64,000 nucleotides of DNA from Chloroflexota bacterium (lineage in GTDB: Bacteria > Chloroflexota > Dehalococcoidia > Lucifugimonadales > UBA3495): assembly GCA_009837355.1 (NCBI GenBank), contig VXTR01000056.1, forward strand, positions 589-64,588. The letters are read 5' to 3'. Made by a program: the position numbers and the translations under genes. Positions 55,397 to 63,174 of this stretch are shown here, in pieces (within the stretch, counting starts at the first letter, position 1; each line of letters starts with the position of its first letter). Under the pieces are notes generated by a model. That model did no database searches. It saw only the letters and a list, made by a program, of their open reading frames with translations, and had not been told where the DNA came from.

Positions 55397-55612
55397 TTAG
55401 AGCAGTAGCGCTAGGCAGAAAGGCAGGCTCCTCAAAATTAATTTGAGCAACATCGCCCGCAATTGAGCGTAACTCGCCGGCCGGTCAGTTCCTTCGTATT
55501 CGACAATAGTCTCCGCGGATGCGAGTTCTTCAACTTCGAAGCCGCCATCGGGAGATTGCCGCCACCTTCGTTCGGTGGTCGTCGAATGTTTCATGGTACG
55601 TTGAATAGACAT
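55397..55612 (-). CDS. hypothetical small protein (71 aa) in the A/T-rich islet
   Basis: ATG 55612 is preceded by GAGGG (5-nt spacer). There is no recognisable motif and the C-terminus is hydrophobic. Coding status is uncertain. Confidence 0.3.
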   Translation of the reverse strand: MSIQRTMKHSTTTERRWRQSPDGGFEVEELASAETIVEYEGTDRPASYAQLRAMLLKLILRSLPFCLALLL

Positions 55613-55897
55613 GAACACCCTCTAATCGACACTACGGACAGGTTATCACGATCGCGCGCTGCTGTCGAGGGCTTTTGTGGGGCTAGGGCTATGCATAAAT
55701 TCCTTAATGGACTGATGCGAAGCCCGGAATCAATTCACGCCGCCACCGCTCTGTACGCGGCAAATGCCATGCCCGCACAGAATCGGTCTCGCCCCGCGCC
55801 CAATAATATGCGACAATGGTCTCTGGCATGTAGGTGGCGGCCTCTGACGGTCCAATGAAACTGTGCCCCGGGTGCTCGAGCGATGCAGTTTGGACTA

Positions 55898-55926
55898 TTG
55901 ACAAACCTTGTATTAGGCATTATAGT
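55898..55926 (+). promoter_or_regulatory. near-consensus sigma70 promoter for the DGQHR gene
   Basis: TTGACA (55898..55903), an exact 17-nt spacer, then TATAGT (55921..55926). AAGGAGA lies 6 nt before ATG 55957. Confidence 0.65.
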
Positions 55927-55956
55927 ACGTCTAGCACAACGCTAAAGGAGAGAAAA

Positions 55957-57126
55957 ATGGCTCTTACAATTGCCAATCCCGGCATTCAGTACAGCTTGCG
56001 CATACCGGCGCATCGGTTCCGACAGGGTGAGCGGGACGTTTTTTCATTCGCCCTGGATCTGGCCACTCTCAGTGGGCTGTTACCGGAACGAGTGGACGAA
56101 GATGTGGTCAAAGATGCCAATCGCCGTTTGACCGTTAGCCACGCCAAGAACATTCAGCGCTATTTGCTCAACGAAAGGTCGAATTGGGTGTTAGGTGCGC
56201 TGCTACTTGGCATCGCGCCGGACGCCGTGGAGTTCAACGGTTACCCGGACGAAAACGGCCAGCGCAGCGAGAACTTTGGCGAGTTACGCATCCGAGGAGA
56301 CAAAAAGAGCACGATGAAGATCTTTGACGGTCAGCATCGTCGACGAGCCATTGCAGACGCCTTGGAAGAACTGGGAAACGATGTGCATCAGACAGAAAAA
56401 CTGGAAACTCTCCGAAGCACCTCAGTACCTGTGGTGCTTTATGTTGAAGAGGACATCAAGGCCTTGCGCCAGATGTTCGCCGATGCATCAAAAACCAAAC
56501 CCATTGAAGGCAACACGGTGACTCGTTTTGACGAACGCGACGCCTTCAACTTGACGGCGATGCATCTATCGGAGCACAGCAATTTGTTTGCCGGGCGCGT
56601 TGAAATGGAGAGAACAACCGTCCGCAGAGCAAGCGAATGTCTAATCGCCATCAACCAGCTGGCGGCGACCCTGAAGACGGTGGACGTAGGCTACAGTGGC
56701 CGCGTCAGCAGAGAGCGCAATGACGACCATATGCTGGACTTGGACTCATTGCACGAGAGGTGCTTGACTTGGGCGGACGATTTCATGCCCTCAGCTCGAC
56801 AGGAATACGAAGACCTAATGGCTGGGGAAACCGACAACTCCGAAATCCCGAAATTGCGCCCAACCACCTTCGCATTCAACGCCTCGGTAATTCGCATTCT
56901 CGCCGGGTGCTACTTCGAGTGGACGAAGGGCGGCGATGATTGGAAACCCCTAGCCGACTTCATTCGCCAGTCTTCCCTGGTGCCGGGAAGGAATGAGGGT
57001 GAAGGCTCCCTGCTGGTTGAAGCCGGTGTTGTTGTTCCGGGAGGAACCACACCTCTACCTAGAGCCCAAGAAGTAAAAGGAGCTATCAACCACATCGTGA
57101 CCGAAGCCCGAAAAGCAGGCAAATAA
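55957..57126 (+). CDS. DGQHR-domain protein (DndB/DpdB-like, ParB/Srx-fold)
   Basis: 389 aa with the KIFDGQHRRRAI motif plus ..LTVSHAKNIQRYL... The gene is more A/T-rich than its flanks. Confidence 0.8.
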   Translation: MALTIANPGIQYSLRIPAHRFRQGERDVFSFALDLATLSGLLPERVDEDVVKDANRRLTVSHAKNIQRYLLNERSNWVLGALLLGIAPDAVEFNGYPDENGQRSENFGELRIRGDKKSTMKIFDGQHRRRAIADALEELGNDVHQTEKLETLRSTSVPVVLYVEEDIKALRQMFADASKTKPIEGNTVTRFDERDAFNLTAMHLSEHSNLFAGRVEMERTTVRRASECLIAINQLAATLKTVDVGYSGRVSRERNDDHMLDLDSLHERCLTWADDFMPSARQEYEDLMAGETDNSEIPKLRPTTFAFNASVIRILAGCYFEWTKGGDDWKPLADFIRQSSLVPGRNEGEGSLLVEAGVVVPGGTTPLPRAQEVKGAINHIVTEARKAGK

Positions 57127-57137
57127 CTGGACCATGA

Positions 57138-57168
57138 GGGTTAGGGCTTGTCCGCCCTAACCCTTTTT
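57138..57168 (+). terminator. intrinsic terminator after the DGQHR gene
   Basis: Perfect 10-bp stem GGGTTAGGGC (57138..57147) / GCCCTAACCC (57154..57163), followed by TTTTT. Confidence 0.75.
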
Positions 57169-57179
57169 CCTCTACAACG

Positions 57180-57761
57180 TCACCGGGGAAACCCCCACGC
57201 CGACCGTGGCCAGTACACCGCCCACACCTTGCCGATGATGTGGTCCGATGGCAGCGGTCCCCAGTGGCGGGAATCCTGGCTGCCCCGGCGGTTGTCACCC
57301 ATCACGAAATACTCGTCATCGTCCAGCGCCACCACGTGCATCGAACTGCGGCCCAGCTCCGTCAGGTACGGCTCGCCCAGGGCCGTCCCATTTACGCTCA
57401 CCCGCCCGGCGTCGATGGACACCCGGTCGCCCGGCTCGCCAATGATGCGCTTGACGAACTGCCGCCGGGGGTCTTCCGGGTAGTCGAACACCACCACGTC
57501 GCCGCGCCGGGGCGTTCGGCCCAGGTACACCTCTCCAGGCTCCGCCGGCTGCCAGAAGGGGATAATCATGCCCAGCCGGTGCGTATCCAGCTGAAAGTAC
57601 ACCAGCTTGTTCACCATCAGGTAGTGGCCGGGCAACAGCGTGGGCTGCATGCTGGAGCCCTCCACCCGAAAGTTCACCAGCGCCGCCTGGATGGCAATGA
57701 ACATCACCATCCCGATCATCGCCGCTTCCAGCAGCTCCTTGAACCAGCCGGTTTCCTTCAT
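57180..57761 (-). CDS. lepB: signal peptidase I
   Basis: ..VEGSSMQPTL.. (catalytic Ser), ..GDVVVF.., ..VKRIIGEPGD.. (Lys), ..VMGDNR..S.DSR..G. Confidence 0.92.
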   Translation of the reverse strand: MKETGWFKELLEAAMIGMVMFIAIQAALVNFRVEGSSMQPTLLPGHYLMVNKLVYFQLDTHRLGMIIPFWQPAEPGEVYLGRTPRRGDVVVFDYPEDPRRQFVKRIIGEPGDRVSIDAGRVSVNGTALGEPYLTELGRSSMHVVALDDDEYFVMGDNRRGSQDSRHWGPLPSDHIIGKVWAVYWPRSAWGFPR

Positions 57762-57888
57762 GCCACCATTTTACCAAACTGCGTTGACTACCATCCGCCG
57801 CCGAATTACCATTACCCTCCCGTCCGGTCCGCAGTGACGGCCGGCTTGCCCGGCTGTCGGCGCATCGTTTTCACGCAAAGGTGGTCTT

Positions 57889-58842
57889 ATGTCCGTGCTC
57901 AACGAAAATGAACTCAAGGTGTTCTCCGGCAACGCCCACCCCCAACTGGCCCAGGACGTGTGCCGCTACCTGGGCATCCCCCTGGGCGAGAGCGAAGCGT
58001 TCAAGTTCGCCAACGACAACACCTTCGTCCGCATCCGCGAAAACATCCGCGAGCGCGACGTGTTCATCGTCCAGCCCACCATGGCCCCCACCAACGACAA
58101 CCTCATGGAGATGCTCATCATGATCGACGCCTGCAAGCGGGCGTCCGCCGGCCGCATCACCGCCGTCATCTCCTACTACGGCTATGGCCGCACCGACAAG
58201 AAGGACCAGCCCCGGGTTCCCATCACCGCCCGCCTGGTCGCCGACCTCATCTCCACCGCCGGCGCCGACCGGGTGCTGACCCTGGACCTCCACGCCGGCC
58301 AGATTCAGGGCTTCTTCAACATCCCCGTTGACGAGCTTACCGCCGAGCCCATCCTTTCCAACTACTTCGTGGAAAAGGGCCTGGACGACCTGGTTCTGGT
58401 CGCCGTTGACTTCGGCATCAGCAAGCGCGCCCGGGACATGGCCGAGCGCCTGGGTGTGCCTGTCGCGGTGATTGAAAAACGACGCACCGGCAACAACGAC
58501 CGCTCCGAAACCCTCAACGTCATCGGCGACGTCAAGGGCAAGCGCGCCCTCACCTTCGACGACGAAATCCTCACCGGCGGCACCATCGTCAACGCCGCCA
58601 ACGCCCTGATGGACGCCGGCGTAACCGAAGTCTATTGCTGCGCCACCCATCCCGTCTTCTCGCCCGTGGCCCCCAAGCTCCTCGCCGAAAGCCCATTCAA
58701 GGAAGTCGTCGTAACCGACTCGGTGCCCCTCACTCCCGACCAGATGGTGGGCAACCTCACCGTCCTGTCCATCGCCCCCCTGATGGGCGAAGCCATCAAG
58801 CGCATCCACGAAGGCCGCTCCGTAGGCGAGCTGTTTATGTAA
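57889..58842 (+). CDS. prs: ribose-phosphate pyrophosphokinase
   Basis: ..LKVFSGNAHP.LA..V...LG..LG......F.N.E..V.I.E..R..DVFI.Q.., ..DLHA.QIQGFF.. Confidence 0.95.
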   Translation: MSVLNENELKVFSGNAHPQLAQDVCRYLGIPLGESEAFKFANDNTFVRIRENIRERDVFIVQPTMAPTNDNLMEMLIMIDACKRASAGRITAVISYYGYGRTDKKDQPRVPITARLVADLISTAGADRVLTLDLHAGQIQGFFNIPVDELTAEPILSNYFVEKGLDDLVLVAVDFGISKRARDMAERLGVPVAVIEKRRTGNNDRSETLNVIGDVKGKRALTFDDEILTGGTIVNAANALMDAGVTEVYCCATHPVFSPVAPKLLAESPFKEVVVTDSVPLTPDQMVGNLTVLSIAPLMGEAIKRIHEGRSVGELFM

Positions 58843-58966
58843 CCCTCAGCGGCCCAACGCTGGACATACTGCCGCCGTATCGGTATCATCGGTTCCTACC
58901 ACATACTGCGCCGCGTCGCGCCCGGGGGCAATGGGTCCGCCAGGGGCGGACTGGAGGAGGCCGCGT

Positions 58967-61192
58967 ATGGTCGAAGTCGCCAGCGACTCTACTGACCTGA
59001 TTGCCTGCGTATCCGAATACGTGGACGATACCGAGCAGGTTGACGCTATCCGCGCCGCCTACGACTTCGCCGCCGGCTGCCACGACGGCCAGAAACGGCT
59101 CTCCGGCGACCCCTACATCGTCCATCCGCTGGCCGCCGCCACCATCCTGGCCAACCTCTACCTGGACCCCGACACCATCAAGGCCGCCCTCCTCCACGAC
59201 GTGATGGAGGACTGCGGCGTCCCCGTGGAAGACCTGGAAGAACGGTTCGGCCCCGACGTGGCCCGCCTGGTGGACGGCGTAACCAAGCTCACCCGCGTTG
59301 ACTACCGTCCCCCCGGCGCCAACGGCGTCAGCGCCGCCGACGCCGAAAGTCTCTACGCCGAGAGCCTCCGCAAGATGCTGGTGGCCATGGCCGAGGACAT
59401 CCGCGTCGTCCTCATCAAGCTGGCCGACCGCCTCCACAATATGCGCACCCTGGACGCCCTGCCCGAACCCAAGCGCCGGCGCATCGCCCAGGAAACCCTG
59501 GACGTCTATTCCCCCCTGGCCCACCGCCTCGGCATCTGGGAAATCAAGTGGCAGCTGGACGACTTGGCGTTTCGTCATCTCAACGAAACCCGATACCGGG
59601 AGATCTCCAAGATGCTGGCCGCCCGACGCTCCCAGCGCGAAGCCTACGTCGCCGACGTTGCCAGCCGCCTCCACGACGAACTCATCGACAACCGGCTCAA
59701 CGCCGAGGTCAACGGCCGCCCCAAGGGCATTTACTCCATCCACAAGAAAATCGAGAAGTACGCCGCCGAGGGCAAGGAACTCAGCGACATCTTCGACCTG
59801 TACGCCCTCCGCGTCATCGTTGACGACGTCGCCGACTGCTACGCCGCCCTGGGCGTGGCCCACCGGATGTGGAGTCCCATCCCCGGCCAGTTCGACGACT
59901 ACATCGCAACGCCCAAGCAGAATATGTACCAGGCCTTGCACACCACCGTCATCTGCGACGGCGGCCATCCCCTGGAAGTGCAGATTAAAACCGACGAGAT
60001 GCACCGGGTGGCGGAGTACGGCGTCGCCGCCCACTGGCGCTACAAGGAAGGCACCGGATCCCCCGGCGGACGGGGCCGCTTTGAGGAGCGCATGACCTGG
60101 CTGCGTCAGCTCCTGGAATGGCAGCGCGAGACCCCCGACACCAACGAATTCCTGGACTCGGTGCGCGAAGACCTTTTCCACGACCAGGTTTTCGTCTATA
60201 CCCCCAAGGGCGACATCATGGAACTGGCCACCGGAGCCACTCCCATTGATTTCGCCTACAAGATCCACACCGACCTGGGCCATCGCATCTCCGGCGCCAA
60301 GATCAACGGCCGGCTGGTCTCGCTGGACACCCCGCTGGAAAACGGCGACACCGTGGAGGTCGTGGCCGGCAAAACCGGGCGTGGTCCCTCCCCCGACTGG
60401 CTCAATCCTTCCCGGGGCTACGTGGCCACCAACAGCGCCCGTCAGAAGATTCGCTCCTGGTTCAACCGGCAGGCCCGCAGCGCCAACATCACCCGGGGCA
60501 AGGACCTGCTGCGCCGGGAGCTGCGTCGCATGGGCGTGAAACTGCCCGACCGGGAGGTTATCGAACTGTGCCGCTTCGAGACGATGGAAGACCTGCTGGC
60601 CGCTTTGGGCTCCGGGGAACTCAGCGACTCCGCCCTGGCCGACCGGTTGTCCGAACACCGCAGCAAGGACACCGAAACCGAGGAATGGCAGATTCCTCTC
60701 AAAGGTTCCCAACGCCTGGACAGCCCCACGTCGGGCATTACCGTGCTGGGCGTCGGCGACCTGCTCACGCGCATCGCCGCCTGCTGCAATCCCATCCAGG
60801 GCGACGCCATCATCGGCTTCGTTACCCGCTCCCGGGGCGTCAGCATCCATAAGGTCGAGTGCATCAACGTCCTGAACGAGGACGAAAGAGAGCGGCTGGT
60901 GCCCGTTTCCTGGGGAGAGAAGCAGGAACTCTATCCCGTCCGCGTCCGCATCGAGGCCATCGACCGGGTGGGCCTGCTGCGGGACGTTTCCACCCGGCTG
61001 TCCGAGGACAAAATCAACATCGCCTGGGTGGTTACCCGCGAGAACGACAACGCCACCGTGAGCATGGAGCTGACCATCCACATCGCCGGCCTGCAGCAGC
61101 TCAACCGGGTGTTCTCACGTATCGAGGGCGTCCGCGGCGTGACGTCCGTCAGCCGGGTCACCAGCAGCCCACTGCGCCAGACGGAGCGATGA
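58967..61192 (+). CDS. relA: bifunctional (p)ppGpp synthetase/hydrolase (RelA/SpoT homolog)
   Basis: GGAGGAGG lies before ATG 58967. It has an HD domain (HPLAAA..LHDVMED), a synthetase domain (..YIATPKQNMYQALHTTV..), TGS, and a C-terminal ACT-like domain. Confidence 0.92.
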   Translation: MVEVASDSTDLIACVSEYVDDTEQVDAIRAAYDFAAGCHDGQKRLSGDPYIVHPLAAATILANLYLDPDTIKAALLHDVMEDCGVPVEDLEERFGPDVARLVDGVTKLTRVDYRPPGANGVSAADAESLYAESLRKMLVAMAEDIRVVLIKLADRLHNMRTLDALPEPKRRRIAQETLDVYSPLAHRLGIWEIKWQLDDLAFRHLNETRYREISKMLAARRSQREAYVADVASRLHDELIDNRLNAEVNGRPKGIYSIHKKIEKYAAEGKELSDIFDLYALRVIVDDVADCYAALGVAHRMWSPIPGQFDDYIATPKQNMYQALHTTVICDGGHPLEVQIKTDEMHRVAEYGVAAHWRYKEGTGSPGGRGRFEERMTWLRQLLEWQRETPDTNEFLDSVREDLFHDQVFVYTPKGDIMELATGATPIDFAYKIHTDLGHRISGAKINGRLVSLDTPLENGDTVEVVAGKTGRGPSPDWLNPSRGYVATNSARQKIRSWFNRQARSANITRGKDLLRRELRRMGVKLPDREVIELCRFETMEDLLAALGSGELSDSALADRLSEHRSKDTETEEWQIPLKGSQRLDSPTSGITVLGVGDLLTRIAACCNPIQGDAIIGFVTRSRGVSIHKVECINVLNEDERERLVPVSWGEKQELYPVRVRIEAIDRVGLLRDVSTRLSEDKINIAWVVTRENDNATVSMELTIHIAGLQQLNRVFSRIEGVRGVTSVSRVTSSPLRQTER

Positions 61193-62619
61193 ACCAGGAC
61201 AACCCGTCGGGAGCTTTCGCCATTTCCCGAGCGGTTTTCACCCCCATGGCGGCCAAACTGCTGGTCGCCACGGCGGCGTTCCTCGCCATTCTGCTGATGC
61301 CCACGCCCGAAGGGTTGACGCTGCAGGGACAGCGTTCCCTGGCGGTGATGATCCTGGTGGTCGTGCTGTGGGCCACCGAAGCGATCCACGTGAGCGTTGC
61401 CGGCATCGCCGGAGTGGTTCTGCTGGTGCTCTTCGGAGCCGTGCCCGGCATCGGCGAGGCGGTGTACGGGTTCTCACAGCCCGTGTGCTACTTCCTCATC
61501 GGCATCCTGACGCTGGGGCTGGCGGTGCACCAGTCCGGCCTGGCCGAACGCATGGCAACCTTCCTGATGCGCGGCGCCGTGGGCAGTCCGTACTTGCTCT
61601 ACGTGCAGATGCTCTTTTCCTTTGCCGCTCTCACCTTCGCGCTGCCGTCCGCCAGCACCAGGGGCGCCATTATGGTGCACGTGTACGAGCAGGTGCTGGA
61701 GCAGTGGAACATTCCCCAGGGGCACCCCTTCTACAACGCCACCATGATGGCCATGGGCTGCCTGAACCGGCTGGGTTCCACCGCGCTGCTGGCCGGCGGC
61801 ATTACTCCCGTGGTGGCGTCGGGACTGCTGGGCGATTTCTCCTGGACGCAGTGGTTCCTGATTATGAGCGTGCCGTTTTACGCCAACTTGGTCGTTGGCG
61901 GCGCGCTGCTGTTCCTGTTCTACCGTTCGGGCTTCCGGAACCAGGGCACCGGCGACGCCGCGCCGGTTCTACCCGGCCCCATCACGCCCGTGGAACTGCG
62001 CGCCGGGGCCATCGTAGTCATCACGGCGCTGATGTGGTTCACCGACTTCGCCCACGGGCTGCACCCGGCGGTGCCGGCCCTGATTGCCCTGTGTCTCATC
62101 CTGCTGCCCCGCATCGGCATCCTCACCTGGGGCGAATTCGAGCGGAACGTGGGCTGGACCAACTTCTTCGTCATCGCAACCTCGCTGTCGCTGTCCCACG
62201 CGCTGGTGTCCAGCGGCGCGGCGGCCTGGTTCTCGGAGACGCTGGTGGGCGGAGTATCGCAGTTGGTGTCCTCGCCCATCCTCATCCTGCTGGCGCTGTG
62301 CGTATGCTTTGCGCTGCTGCGGATGCTGTTGCCCAACATCGCCGGCTACCTGGCGCTGGTGATTCCGGTAACCATGGCCGCCGCGGAGTCGTTGGGGCTG
62401 AACCCGCTGGTGTGCGGCTTCGCGGCCGTCGTGGTGGGCGATTCGGCGGTGTACTACGGGGCCGGCGGGACCTCGGCGGTGTTCGTGTTCCAGCGGGCCA
62501 ACATTGCCAACCCGGAGATTTTCCGCTTCGGCATCACGATGACGGTAGCCGTCATCGCCGTGCTGCTGCTGGTGGTGATTCCCTACTGGAACCTGGTGGG
62601 CTATCCGTTGGCGCCGTAG
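61189..62619 (+). CDS. DASS/SLC13-type anion (di/tricarboxylate or sulfate) transporter
   Basis: Its ATG overlaps the relA stop (ATGA). The protein is polytopic, with ..SASTRGAIM.. and ..GGTSAV.. hairpin-loop-like motifs typical of the ion-transporter superfamily. Confidence 0.7.
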   Translation: MNQDNPSGAFAISRAVFTPMAAKLLVATAAFLAILLMPTPEGLTLQGQRSLAVMILVVVLWATEAIHVSVAGIAGVVLLVLFGAVPGIGEAVYGFSQPVCYFLIGILTLGLAVHQSGLAERMATFLMRGAVGSPYLLYVQMLFSFAALTFALPSASTRGAIMVHVYEQVLEQWNIPQGHPFYNATMMAMGCLNRLGSTALLAGGITPVVASGLLGDFSWTQWFLIMSVPFYANLVVGGALLFLFYRSGFRNQGTGDAAPVLPGPITPVELRAGAIVVITALMWFTDFAHGLHPAVPALIALCLILLPRIGILTWGEFERNVGWTNFFVIATSLSLSHALVSSGAAAWFSETLVGGVSQLVSSPILILLALCVCFALLRMLLPNIAGYLALVIPVTMAAAESLGLNPLVCGFAAVVVGDSAVYYGAGGTSAVFVFQRANIANPEIFRFGITMTVAVIAVLLLVVIPYWNLVGYPLAP

Positions 62620-63167
62620 CCCAGCGTCCGAGCGATCAGCAGCAGAATTACCAACGCAATCAGGACCAAGCCGGCCACCGCCAGCCGGATGAAGAACCGG
62701 CGCAGCCGCCCCCGGCGTTGCCGGGCGCGTCGTTGATCGGCGCGATAGTCCCAGGGGCGTCGGGCGCGCCGGCCGTCCCGCCACACGCCGCGCCGCTTCG
62801 TCTTGGCCTCGGCCTCGGCTTCGGGAAAGCCCAGGTTGCGCCCACCGTACCGGCGATACCAGTAGGCCATGCCGGCCCGCACCATGGCCACGTTGACGGA
62901 TTCCCGCCGGCGTCGTCCCGCGTAAATCAGGCCCACCGTGCGCCCGTAGCGGTCGGTGGCAATCACGTCCATGCGGACGGCGCCGCGCCGCACCAGCGAG
63001 GCCAGTTCTTTTCGGGCCTCCGGGCCGTAAGGTTGCGCCAGCTCCGGCGCGTCGATGCCGTAGAGCCGCACCGGGAAGGGCCGGCGCAGGCAGCTGAACA
63101 GCCCGCCGTAGTTCACCACCAGCGAGTCGCCGTCCACCACCCGCCGCACCTTCACCTTGCGGGCCAT
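62601..63167 (-). CDS. thermonuclease (SNase) family protein with Arg-rich linker and C-terminal TM anchor
   Basis: ..VVDGDSLVV..VRLYGIDAPE..QPYG.EA..., ..DRYGRTVG.., ..MVRAGMAYWYRRY.. The C-terminus reads FFIRLAVAGLVLIALVILLLI. Confidence 0.8.
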   Translation of the reverse strand: MARKVKVRRVVDGDSLVVNYGGLFSCLRRPFPVRLYGIDAPELAQPYGPEARKELASLVRRGAVRMDVIATDRYGRTVGLIYAGRRRRESVNVAMVRAGMAYWYRRYGGRNLGFPEAEAEAKTKRRGVWRDGRRARRPWDYRADQRRARQRRGRLRRFFIRLAVAGLVLIALVILLLIARTLGYGANG

Positions 63168-63174
63168 CGACGGG

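Noticed and set aside
55463-55920. Overlapping ORFs in the islet upstream of the DGQHR gene: 55463..55858 on the plus strand, and 55704..55904 and 55735..55920 on the minus strand.
   Set aside because: They are mutually overlapping, lack an SD, have unremarkable composition and show no motifs. One would run through the DGQHR promoter. The region may instead be regulatory or ncRNA, which I cannot decide by eye.
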